A stretch of 64,000 bases of DNA from assembly GCF_044704955.1 (NCBI RefSeq), contig NC_091995.1, positions 99,882,001-99,946,000 on the forward strand, read 5' to 3'. Shown here one piece after another: positions 25,051-37,696 of this stretch (positions are counted from its first letter, which is position 1; every line of letters begins with the position of its first letter). The notes beneath the pieces were generated by a model, which saw nothing but the letters and a program-made list of their open reading frames with translations, did no database searches and had not been told where the DNA came from. This DNA is from Pristiophorus japonicus (taxonomy: Eukaryota). A program made the position numbers and the translations under genes.

Positions 25051-27367
25051 TTTGATTCAGAACCCTTGGTTGGTTTTAGCACCAGGATGAATGAGCAGAA
25101 AGTCAGCTCCTGCTTATTATCCAGTGACCCTCGATTGAAAGTGAAAGTGCAGGCTCAGGGCGAGAACACACCCCGGATTGGCTGTGATCATCTCCTTCCC
25201 ATCCTGCCACAGTGGAGCAGCCTGCCACTTGCGGTCCGCTCATGTAGATAGGGCCGCTTGGGGTAGTGCACAGTCGATACCTGCTGCCTAGGAAGCCAAA
25301 CACCAGCACGAGACTGCCTTTATGAGAGGACAGAGAAGCATGGAGGAGCTGGAACTTCTCTCCATCGTAGCGATAAGAAGCCGTCACTTTGATTCTCTGC
25401 AAGAAATTATGTAAAAATGTATGTATTACTGTGTCTTAGCCTGTGTGTGCTGAAAACTGAATTGTATTTATTGGTTGCGAGAGATAGTCTAGGCAGTATT
25501 CGGGTCCAGCCAGGCAGTGACGGTGGGTAACATTTCAGTAAAGCAGGCAAACCACAATGTTGCCGGGAGTGACCCCAGTCCCCAGCTCCCCTACAGACAG
25601 AAAGGCAGGGTCTGTCCGAGAGCTAGGCTTTTTAATGCTTTCCCTGCGTTACTTCCTGTTTCTGACAAACCTGCTTCAGCTGTGTGTGTGATTCTGATCC
25701 ACACAGTGTAGCTGGGCTTTACAGCCGGGGCGAGAACAATGTGTCCCGCTCGACACAAGCAGAGGTACAGCTGGGCTGGGCTTTTCGTTTAAGTTCCAGA
25801 ACCACGTGCTGCACTCCATGGCATCACTCGATCCTTGCTGATAAAATGTTTGCCAAGAATGTGTATTTCGATATACTGGTTACCAATAGATTTAAGGGGG
25901 TGGGGGTACCCATGCTCTGGGACCCTGATTCCATCACTGGATTAACATCTTGTGTCTGAAGGTTAGGATTGGACACTATCAATGAGAGAAATTCTGTCTG
26001 TTTCCAATCAGTGACTGGGACTGGGACACTGTAGATGCTGCTAACAATATTTAATACTTTAAAATATCCCAGGCCTATATACTGAGAGAGCAGGCCATTG
26101 CTAAACCAAGTGATACTGTAGAGGTTGTCCAGACAAATCCTTCTCTCTTCTAGCTAAAGATCTGCTTAACACACTCTCGATTGTCTTTCTCTTTCCCTCA
26201 ACCAGTTAGCGCAGTCTATCATTTTGTCGTTGGATTCTCACTATCCTCATCCTGCCCGAGACTCTCAGACCATAGGTACATGATCGAATCCTGGTGCCCA
26301 ACTCCACTGTACACAAACCAAACCAGCTCCACCAGTGCCTCACTGGGTGAATGCACCACCACTTGTACAAACCACCCATAGAGACAGGCCAGCGCCAAGC
26401 CCGGCTGTGTGCCCAGCCTAGCCAGGGCGTGTATCGGGCAAAACCGGCCGAGGCTCCTGATCGCCATCCACTACCTCCTGCTGGGCAGTGAGTGCGTGGG
26501 CACGTGGGGGGGGGTGAAGAAGAGTCAGGGTTAGAGGCTCTGGGGGGGGTGGGGTAAGGGTCAGAGGCCCTGTGAGGTGGGGGGGGGGGGGGGGGGGAGA
26601 TCAGAGGCCCAGAGGAGTTGAGCGTCGAGCCTGGGCACTGAGCTCTGGGGGTCAGGGGTCGAGGCTGAGGTCTGGGGGTCGAGGGTCAAGGCTTGGTTGT
26701 GGTTGCTAGGCTGACTCGGCCAGTATAGGTGTATTCTCAAACTCTTGGTGTCACACTGAACCGTGACACTTTCTCTGCTACATATTGCAACTGAACCAGT
26801 TAGGGTACAGTTCCACAGTCCCTCCAGTGCAAGTGAGCTTAAGTGTTGAGCGTCTGTGGAGGGCATCATGGACGTGCCCGAGCCCCTCCCAGCCTCCATT
26901 TAATGCAAACTATAGGGTCCAAACTGAAGTCAGCCGCCAGGTATTGATCCTGGGACCTCCAGGTCTGTGTGTCTCAGAAACTCACTGAATAAACTTACCA
27001 AGGCTTCAAGTGCTGCCCAAAGAAACGTGAGGGTGGGAGGGAAGAATGCTGAGGTAGGGATGTACAGTAAGGAGAGAAAATAGGAAAGGAAGGAGAGAAA
27101 GTAGGAGAGAAGGAAGGCAAAGTGGGATTAGATAGCACACAGCAAAAGGTGTCTTTTTCAGGCAGATAATGTCAGTTGGGCAGAGATAGCAGTGCTGAAA
27201 TGAAACACTGCTCCTGGGCTGGGGGCGGGGAATGAGCTAGGGTTCCTGCTCCCCTTCACTATCCTGGTGCAGATATCCTGTCCGTACTCACCATTTAAAT
27301 TAGCACATGAAAAATGACCCGAAGGGTAAGAGGTCAGATCGCTCCTCCGCATTCGAATATCAAACCC

Positions 27368-28300
27368 TGAGAGAGTCAGCACCTTCAGAAAGTGTACCCC
27401 AGGAAGAGTCTGCACCTTCAGGAACTGTAACCCAGGGAGTGTCAGCAGCTTCAGGGTCTGTATCCCGGGGAGAGTCAGCACCTTCAGAAAGTGTACCCCA
27501 GGAAGAGTCTGCACCTTCAGGAACTGTAACCCAGGGAGAGTCAGCACCTTCAGGGTCTGTACCCCAGGGAGAGTCAGCACCTTCATGAACTACCCCGGGG
27601 AGAGTCAGCACCTTCAGGGTCTGTACCCCAGGGAGAGTCAGCACCTTCAGGGTTTATACCCCAGGGAGAGTCAGCACCTTCAGGGACTGTACCACAGAGA
27701 GAGTCGGCACCTTCAGGGTCTGTACCCCAGGGAGAGTCAGCACCTTCAGGGACTGTACCCCAGGGAGAGTCAGCACCTTCAGGGACTACCCCAGGGAGAG
27801 TCAGCACCTTCAGGGACTGTACCCCGGGGAGAGTCGGCACCTTCAGGGACTGTACCCCAGGGAGAGTCAGCATCTTCAGGGTCTACCCCAGGGAGAGTCA
27901 GCACCTTCAGAGTCTGTACCCCAGGGAGAGTCAGCACCTTCAGGGTCTGTACCCCAGGGAGAGTCAGCATCTTCAGGGTCTGTACCCCAGGGAGAGTCAG
28001 CACCTTCAGGGTCTGTACCCCAGGGAGAGTCAGCACCTTCAGGGTCTGTACCCCAGGGAGAGTCAGCACCTTCAGGGTCTGTACCCCAGTGAGAGTCAGC
28101 ACCTTCAGGAACTGTACCCTGGGGAGAGTCAGCACCTTCAGGAACTGTACCCTGGGGAGAGTCAGCACCTTCAGGAACTGTACCCCGGGGAGAGTCAGCA
28201 TCTTCAGGGTCTGTACCCTGGGGCGAGTCAGCACCTTCAGGAACTGTACCCCGGGGAGAGTCAGCACCTTCAGGAACTGTACCCTGGGGAGAGTCAGCAT
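27368..28300. repeat. 33-bp minisatellite GGAGAGTCAGCACCTTCAGGGTCTGTACCCCAG
   Basis: About 28 tandem units, with occasional 31-bp units. Confidence 0.96.
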
Positions 28301-30265
28301 ATTTTCCCCCAGCAAGTGAAAAAGCAAAAAATAATCCAGGGTGAAGAATGAGACAATCAGGAGCAGGGAATTCACATGAAGGAATGGGAGATTCTTACAA
28401 AGAGTCTGTTGCAGCGAAGTATTGAGAAGTTGGTCTGTGTTGTGTGTGCTGGTGATGTAAGTGCCTCAGTACAAAGAGTCCACAGGCTGTTGTGACAGAG
28501 CGTGTGTGTTAAATTATTATTGTGGAGTAGATAATTTTTTAGAGAACATTTTTTTACCAGATTTTGATGTTTATAACGCACTAAGAGGATTTTTAAAGTA
28601 TTTTATGATGTGCAAGTTAGTTTTCTTATAGACTTATGGAGTAATGTCCACCCCACTAATTGGGTCCTTTGCTCATCGATATAGTCTATGGGTAGTAATC
28701 AATTAAATGAGTCTGTCTGAATTTCAATAAGTGCAATAGATTGTGGTGTAATGCAGCACATTAACTGCACTGGCTTCAGTGCGCTTGGGACTGTGGATCA
28801 GTCTGATGTACGTAAATCGCCACCAAATCCCTTGTGTACCTGGTGCCTGTTTTCATTGTTCTGTTTCGCGGTGGTTTATTAATTATGCTGCCTACCTTCT
28901 GCCCAGCTCTGCCTGGGCAGGTGGTGGAATCGAAGCTTGAGTCTAAGTTTTGCTTTGCTGCTGATGAAAATTCATCAAAAAACCTTTAAGAGCGCCTCCA
29001 CATGAGGCACGGTTTGACTTTGAAACCCAGACTTTTAATGTTGTTGGAGATCCTGCTCAGACCTGACTATTTGCCCAGAGTCGGGTGTGAGGTGACCCTG
29101 GTCTCATTGTAATCTTTCTACGCAGAGATTGGCAAACAACTAGGATCAGGCTTGAATGAAGTTTGCATATGTGGAGCGTACTCTGCCTGTGTGGCCCAAG
29201 GTTCCACCCCACAAGTGACCTGACCCTGAGCACCAGGAGGCACAAATGGGATGTTCTCCTGGTCAAATGCTCACACCTGCCTTTACGCCCATCAGTGTGT
29301 GGGATCATTCATTCAGTATTTCTTAAAATGATTTTTAATAAAAGATTTAAATGTGGGTGTTTGCTTGTTCCGTGATACCTGAAGGTGGTAGGACATGGGA
29401 TGAGACACACTCCTTTAACAGCAGGCCACTGGATCTAAGGCAGTGTTGTCACTGGGTTTATTCAGTGTATAGTATAAATATCAGTTTTGTGAACTTGTGC
29501 CCACCTATACATCATCCAGGACAAAACTCTCTCCCCATAACGGACCCTGTTTGGAAGGGCAGATTCTATAGTTCAAGACTGTGACAATTTCACTGGGCCA
29601 CTATTTGCTGAAATCTGGGGGCAGCACTGCTCCTTAATTCATCTTTTCTGCTTTCATGGCATCACAAAACCATTTGCTCTGCTGCTGAATCTGCATTAAC
29701 CAATAACGTCAATGTCACTTTAACAACCAAAAAAATCCAAGGTGCTGTTGACATGTGAACATTTCATGTATGTGTTGTCTTTTCAAATAAAACGAGGCAA
29801 AGAATCAAGTGTGCGATTCAAATATTGTGAGCACTGATGTGTGAGATGGAATCTCAGCGTGTGATGGTGGCAGTGATTGGATTTGCTGTGATTCAGTGTA
29901 GAGCGGACTGAGTGAGAGCCTAATGTTTACAGCAGGTTTGTCTCTGATTCAATTCTTAGATCTAGCACTAAAGCCCAGCTCAAAGCCCAAATTGAGTTTT
30001 TGTGACTTTTTCTTTGAAACCCACAGGATAACTGACAACTCAGCCTTTGGCACCGGATATTTTGCAGAGTTGAGCTCCAGGGCAGTCTTTCTACCAAGTA
30101 CGCATCATATCATTTATTATTAACAAGTCTTGAGAAGGATGCAGACTTTGACACCTGTTGTCAGATTTTTCTGTCAACATTTCCCGTTTGAATGGTCACA
30201 CTGTAGTTGCAGCCATTGGCCATTAGGTGGCTCTGTGGATTGAATATGTCAAGCCTCAACCAGTC

Positions 30266-31191
30266 CCTGCTCTGGGAGTGTTTGATGGGACAATGTAGAG
30301 GGAGCTTTACTCTGTATCTAACCCCGTGCTGTACCTGCCCTGGGAGTGTTTGATGGGACAGTGTAGAGGGAGCTTTACTCTGTATCTAACCCCGTGCTGT
30401 ACCAGCCCTGGGAGTGTTTGATGGGGCAGTGTAGAGGGAGCTTTACTCTGTATCTAACCCCGTGCTGTACCAGCCCTGGGAGTGTTTGATGGGGCAGTGT
30501 AGAGGGAGCTTTACTCTGTATCTAACCCCGTGCTGTACCTGCCCTGGGAGTGTTTGATGGGGCAATGTAGAGGGAGCTTTACTCTGTATCTATCCCGTGC
30601 TGTACCTGCTCTGGGAGTGTTTGATGGGACAGTGTAGAGGGAGCTTTACTCTGTATCTAACTCGTGCTGTACCTGCCCTGGGAGTGTTTGATGGGACAGT
30701 GTAGAGGGAGCTTTACTCTAGATTCTAACCCCGTGCTGTACCTGCCCTGGGAGTGTTTAATGGGACAGTGTAGAGGGAGCTTTACTCTGTATCTAACCCC
30801 CTGTACCTGCCCTGGGAGTGTTTGATGGGACAGTGTAGAGGGAGCTTTACTCTGTATCTAACCCCCTGTACCTGCCCTGGGAGTGTTTGATGGGACAGTG
30901 TAGAGGGAGCTTTACTCTGTATCTAACCCCGTGCTGTACCTGCCCTGGGAGTGTTTGATGGGACAGTGTAGATGGAGCTTTACTCTGTATCTAACCCCCT
31001 GTACCTGCCCTGGGAGTGTTTGATGGGACAGTGTAGAGGGAGCTTTACTCTGTATCTAACCCCCTGTATCTGCCCTGGGAGTGTTTGATGGGACAGTGTA
31101 GAGGGAGCTTTACTCTGTATCTAACCCCCTGTACCTGCCCTGGGAGTGTTTGATGGGACATTGTAGAGGGAGCTTTACTCTGTATCTAACA
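30266..31191. repeat. 65-68-bp satellite GCCCTGGGAGTGTTTGATGGGACAGTGTAGAGGGAGCTTTACTCTGTATCTAACCCCGTGCTGTACCT
   Basis: About 14 tandem units. The same unit recurs at 49074-49433. Confidence 0.97.
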
Positions 31192-31244
31192 CAGTGCTGC
31201 ACCTCCCCTTGGAGTATTTGATGATGACTGTATGGAGGTCTCTC

Positions 31245-31518
31245 TGTATTGGGGTGTCTCTGTTTTTATTGATCTCTGTATTGGGGGGGGAGGCCTTTCT
31301 GTATTGGGGTCTCTGTCCATTTATAAAATCTCTATGTGGGTCTCTCACTCTGTGTTGGGGCTCTCTCTGCATTAGATCTCTCTCGCTCTGTGTATTGGGG
31401 TCCATCACTGTGTATTGGGGTCCTCTCTCTCTCTCTGTATTGGGGTCTCTCTCTCGGGGTCTCTCTGCGTATTGGGGTCTCGTGCTCCATGTATTGGGGT
31501 CCCTCACTGTGTATTGGG

Positions 31519-31561
<43 letters not shown>

Positions 31562-32517
31562 TGGGGTCTCTTGCTCTGTGTATTTCGGGTTCATCACTGT
31601 GTATTGGGGTCTTCTCTCTCTCTCTCTCTCTGTATTGGGGTCTCTCTCTCAGGGTCTCTCTGCATATTGGGGTCTCTTGCATATGTATTGGGGTCTGTGT
31701 GCATTGGGGTCTCTCTCTCTGTGTATTGGGGTCTCTCTCTCTCTCTCCGTGTATTGGGGTCTTTATCCGTCTCTGTATTGGGGTCTCGCTCTCTATTGGG
31801 GTGTCTCTCTTTCTCTCTATTGGGGTCTCACTCTTTCTCTCTATTGGGGTCTCTCTCTCACTCTCTCTCTATATTGGGGCCTCTCTCTACGGGGTCTCTC
31901 TGCGCATTGGGGTCTCTTGCTCCATGTATGGGGTCTGTGTGCATTGGGGTCTCTCTCCGTGTATTCGGGTCTCTCCCTCTCTGTATTGGGGTCTATCTCT
32001 TTCTCTCTATTGGGGTCTCTCTCTCTCTCCGTGTATTGGGGTCTCTCTCTCTCTCTCTCCGTGTATTGGGGTCTCTCTCTCTCTCTCTCCGTGTATTGGG
32101 GTCTCTCTCTCTCGCCGTGTATTGGGGGGTCTCTCTCTCCGTGTATTGGGGTCTCTCTCTCTCTCTCCCTGTATTGGGGTCTCTCTCTCCGTGTATTGGG
32201 GTCTCTCTCATCTCTCCGTGTATTGGGGTCTCTCTCACTCTCCGTGTATTGGGGTCTCTCTCTCTCTCTCCGTGTATTGGGGTCTCTCTCACTCTCCGTG
32301 TATTGGGGTTTCTCACTCCGTGTATGCGGGTCTCTCTCTCCGTGCATTGGGGTCTCTCTCTCTCTCTCTCTCTCCGTGTATTGGGGTCTCTCTCTCTCTC
32401 CATGTATTGGGGACTCTCTCTCTCCGTGTATTGGGGTCTCTCTCTCCCTGTATTGTGGTCTCTCTCTCTCTCTCTCTCCGGGTATTGGGGTCTCTCTTTC
32501 TCTCTCCGTGTATTGGG

Positions 32518-32549
<32 letters not shown>

Positions 32550-34517
32550 GTGTTTTGGGGTCTCTGCTCTCTCTCTACCTGTATTGGGGTCTCTCTCTCT
32601 CTCCGTGTTTTGGGGTCTCTGTTCTCTCTCTACCTGTATTGGGGTCTCTCTCTCTCTCCGTGTATTGGGGTCTCTCTCTCTCCATGTATTGGGGTCTCTC
32701 TCTCTCTCGCCATGCATTGGGGTCTCTCTCTCTCTCTCTCTCTCTCTCCGTGTGTTGGGGTCTCTCTCTCTCTCTCTCCGTATATTGGGGTCTCTCCGTG
32801 TATTGGGGTCTCTCTCTCTCCGTGTATTGGGGTCTCTCTCTCTCTCTCCGTGCATTGGGGTCTCTCTCTCACTCACTCTGTGTATGCGGGTCTCTCTCTC
32901 TCTCTCTCCGTGTATTGGGGTCTCTCTCTCTCTCCGTGTATTGGGGTCTCTCTCCGTGTATTGTGGTCTCCCTCTCTGTTTATTGGGGGGTCTCTCTCAA
33001 TCCGTGTATTGGGGTTTCTCTCTCTCCGCGTATTGGGGTCTCCTCTCTCTCTCTCTGTCTCCCTGTATTGGGGTCGGTCTCTCTCTCTCTCCATTTATTG
33101 GGGTCTCTCTCTCTCTCCATGTATTGGGGTCTCTCTTTCTCCGTGTATTGGGGTCTGTCTCTCTCTCTCTCCGTGTATTGGGGTCTCTCTCTCTCCATGT
33201 ATTGGGGTCTCTCTCTCTCTCTCTCCGTGTATTGGGTCTCTCTCTCTCCGTGTATTGGGGTCTCTCTCCCTCTCCGTGTATTGGGGTCTCTCTCTCTCTG
33301 TATATTGGGGTCTCTCTCTCACTCCGTTTATTGGGGTCTCTCTCTCTCTCTCCGTGTATTGGGGTCGCTCCGTTTATTGGGTGTCTCTCTCCGTGTATTG
33401 GGGTCTCTCTCTCACTCCATTTATTGGGGTCTCTTTCTCTCCGTGTATTGGGGTCTCTCCGTTTATTGGGGGTCTTTCTCTTTCCGTGTATTGGGGTCAC
33501 TCTCTCTCTCTCCATGTATTGGGGTCTCTCTCTCTCCGTGTATTGGGGTCTCTCTCGCTCTCCGTGTATTGGGGTCTCTCTCTCTCTCTGTCTCCGTGTA
33601 TTGGGGTCTCTCTCTCTCTCTCTCTCTCCGTGTATTGGGGTCTCTCTCTCTCTGTGTATTGGGGTCTCTCTCTCTCTCTCTCTCTCTCCGTGTATTGGGG
33701 TCTCTCTCTCTCTCTGTATATTGGGGTCTCTCTCTCACTCCGTTTATTGGGGTCTCTCTCTCTCTCTCCGTGTATTGGGGTCGCTCCGTTTATTGGGGGG
33801 TCTCTCCGTGTATTGGGGTCTCTCTCTCACTCCATTTATTGGGGTCTCTTTCTCTCCGTGTATTGGGGTCTCTCCGTTTATTGGGGGTCTTTCTCTTTCC
33901 GGGTATTGGGGTCTTTCTCTCTCTCTCCATGTATTGGGGTCTCTCTCTCTCCGTGTATTGGGGTCTCTCTCGCTCTCCGTGTATTGGGGTCTCTCTCTCT
34001 CTCTGTCTCCGTGTATTGGGGTCTCTCTCTTTCTCTCTCTCTCTCTCTCCGTGTATTGGGGTCTCTCTCTCTCTCTGTGTATTGGGGTCTCTCTCTCTCT
34101 CTCTCCGTTTATTGGGGTCTCTCTCCGTGTATTGGGGTCTCTCGCTCTCTCCGTGTATTGGGGTCTCTCTCTCTCCGTGTATTGGTGTTTCTCTCTCTCC
34201 GTGTATTGGGGTCTCTCTCTCTCCGTTTATTGGGGTCTCTCTCTCTCTCTCTCCATGTATTGAGGTGTCTCTCTCTCTCCGTGTATTGGGGTCTCTCTCT
34301 CTCTCTCCGTGTATTGGGGTCTCTCTCTCTCTCTCTCTCTCTCTCCGTGTATTGGGGTCTGTCTCTCTCCGTGTATTGGGGTCTCTCTCTCTGTGTATTG
34401 GGGTCTCTCTCTCTCTCCATGTATTGGGGTCTCTCTCTCTCTCCGTGTATTGGGGTCTCTCTCTTTCTCTCTCCGTGTATTGGGGTCTCTCGCTCTCTCC
34501 CTCCCCGTATATTGGGG

Positions 34518-34551
<34 letters not shown>

Positions 34552-35227
34552 TCCGTGTATTGGGGTCTCTCTTTCTCTCTCTCCGTGTATTGGGGTCTCT
34601 CTCTCTCTCTCTCTCTCTCTCCCCGTGTATTGGGATCTCTCTCTCTCCGTGTATTGGGGTCTCTCTCTCTCTCTCTCTCCGTGTATTGGGGTCTCTCTCT
34701 CTCTCTCTCCGTGTATTGGGGTCTCTCTCTCTCTCCGTGTATTGGGGTCTCTCTTTCTCTATCCGTGTATTGGGGTCTCTCTCTCTCCGTGTATTGGGGT
34801 CTCTCTCTCTCTCCGTGTATTGGGGTCTCTCTCTCTCTCTGTGTATTGGGGTCCCTCTCTCTCTCTGTGTATTGGGGTCTCTCTCTCTCTCCGTTTATTG
34901 GGGAGTCTCTCCCTCTCCGTGTATTGGGGTCTCTCCCTCTCTGTGATTTGGGGTCTCTCCCTCTCCGTGTATTGGGGTCTCTCCCTCTCCGTGTATTGGG
35001 GTCTCTCTCCCTCTCCGTGTATTGGCGTCTCTCTCTCCGTTTATTGGGGGGTCTCTCTCTCTCTCCGTGTATTGGGATCTCTCTCTCTCTCTCTCCGTGT
35101 ATTGGGTTCTCTCTCTCTCCGCGTATTGGGGTCTCCTCTCTCTCTCTGTCTCCGTGTATTGGGTCTCTCTCTCCATTTATTGGGGTTTCTCGCTCTCTCT
35201 CTCTCTCTCACTCCGTGTATTGGGGTG

Positions 35228-35258
<31 letters not shown>

Positions 35259-35669
35259 TGGGGTGTCTCTCTCTCTCTCCGTGTATTGGGGTGTCTCTCT
35301 CTCTCCGTGTATTGGGGTGTCTCTCTCTCCGTGTATTGGGGTCTCTCTCTCTCTCCGTGTATTGGGGTCTCCCTCTCTCTCTCTCTCTCTCGCCGTGTAT
35401 TGGGGTCTCTCTCTCCGTGTATTGGGGTCTCTCTCTCTCTCCGTGTATTGGGGTCTCTCTCTCTCTCCGTGTATTTGGGTCTCTCTCTCTCTCTCCGTGT
35501 ATTGGGGTCTCTCTCTCTCTCTCCGTGTATTGGGGTCTCTCTCTCTCTCTCTCCGTGTATTGGGGTCTCTCTTTCTCTCTCCATGTATTGGGGTCTCTCT
35601 CTCTCTCCGTGTATTGAGGTCTCTCTCTCTCTCCGTGTATTGGGGTCTCTCTCTCTCTCCGAGTATTGG

Positions 35670-35707
<38 letters not shown>

Positions 35708-36881
35708 TATTGGGGTGTCTCTCTCTCTCTCTCTCTCTCTCCGTGTATTGGGGTCTCTCTCTCTCTCCGTGTATTGGGGTCTCTCTCTCTCTCTCCGTGT
35801 ATTGGGTTTTCTCTCTCTCTCTCTCTGTTTATTGGGGTCTCTCTCTCTCTCTCCGTGTATTGGGGTCTCTCTCTCTCCGTATATTGGGGTCTCTCCCAAT
35901 CTCTCTCTCTCTCCATGTATTGGGGTCTCTCTCTCCCCGTGTATTGGGGTCTCTCTCGCTCTCCGTGTATTGGGGTCTCTCTCTCTCTCTCTGCGTATTG
36001 GGGTCTCTCTCTCTCCGTGTATTCGGGTCTCTCTCTCCGTGTATTGGGGTCCCTCTCTCTCTGTGTATTGGTGTCTTTCTCTCTCCGTGTATTAGGGTCT
36101 CTATCTCTCTCTCTGCGTATTGGGGTCTCTCTCTCTCCCTCCGTGTATTGGGGTCTCTCTCTCTCTCTCTCTCTCCGTGTATTGGGGTCTCTCTCTCTCC
36201 GTGTATTGGGGTCTCTCTCTCTCTCTCCGTGTATTGGGTTCTCTCTCTCTCTCTCTCCACGTATTGATGTCTCCTTCTCTCTCTCTCTCTCTCTCTCCGT
36301 GTATTGGGGTCTCTCTCCGTGTATTGGGGTCTCTCTCCGTGTATTGGGGGTCTCTCTCTCTCCGTGTATTGGGGGTCTCTCTCTCTCTCTCCGTGTATTG
36401 GGGTCTCTCTCTCTCCCTCCGTGTATTGGGGTCTCTCTCTCTCCCTCCGTGTATTGGGGTCTCTCTCTCTCTCTCCGTGTATTGGGCTCTCTCTCTCTCT
36501 CTCTCCGTGTATTGGGGTCTCGCTCTCTCTCTCCGTGTATTGGGGTCTCGCTCTCTCTCTCCGTGTATTGGGGTCTCTCTCTCTTTCCGTGTATTGGGGT
36601 CTCTCTCTCTCTCCATGTATTGGGGTCTCTCTCTCTCTCTCTGTGTATTGGGGTCTCTCTCTCTGTTTATTGGGGGGTCTCTCTCTCTCCGTGTATTGGG
36701 GTTTCTCTCTCTCCGTGTATTGGGGTTTCTCTCTCTCTCTCTCTCTCTCTGCGTGTATTGGGGTCTCTCTCTCTCTCTTTCTCTCTCCGTGTATTGGGGT
36801 CTCTCTCTCTCTCCGTGTATTGGGGTCTCTCTCTCTCTCCGTGTATTGGGGTTTCTCTCTCTCTCTCTCCGTGTATTGGGG

Positions 36882-36913
<32 letters not shown>

Positions 36914-37664
36914 TATTGGGGTCTCTCTCTCTCTCTCCGTGTATTGGGGTTTCTCTCTTTCTCCGTGTATTGGGGTCTCTCTCTCTCTCTCCGAGTATTG
37001 GGTCTCTCTCTCTCTCTCTCTCCGTGTATTGGGGTCTCTCCCTCTTCGTGTATTTGGGTCTCTCTCTCTCTCTCCGTGTATTGGGGTCTCTCCCTCTCCG
37101 TGTATTGGGGTCTCTCTCTCCGTGTATTGGGGTCTCTCTCTCTCTCCGTGTATTGGGGTCTCTCTCTCTCTCCGTGTATTGGGGTTTCTCTCTCTCTCCG
37201 TGTATTGGGGTTTCTCTCTCTCTCCGTGTATTGGGGTCTCTCTCTCTCTCCGTGTATTGGGGTCTCTCTCTCACTCCGTGTATTGGGGTCTCTCTCTCCG
37301 TGTATTGGGGTTTCTCTCTCTCTCTGTGTAGTGGGGTCTCTCTCTCTGTGTATTGGGGTCTCTCTCTCCGTTTATTGGGGGGTCTGTCTCTCTCCGTGTA
37401 TTGGGGTTTCTCTCTCTCTCTCCGTGTATTGGGGTCTCTCTCTCTCTCCGTTTATTGGGGTCTCTCTCTCTCTCCGTGTATTGGGGTCTCTCTCTCTCTC
37501 CGTGTATTGGGGTTTCTCTCTCTCTCTCTCTCTCCGTGTATTGGGGTCTCTCTCTCTCTCTTTCTCTCTCCGTGTATTGGGGTCTCTCTCTCGCTCCGTG
37601 TATTGGGGTCTCTCTCTCTCTCCGTGTATTGGGGTTTCTCTCTCTCTCTCAACGTGTATTGGGG

Positions 37665-37696
<32 letters not shown>

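Noticed and set aside
28820-28850. Loose resemblance to miR-150
   Set aside because: The seed does not match and no hairpin partner is evident.
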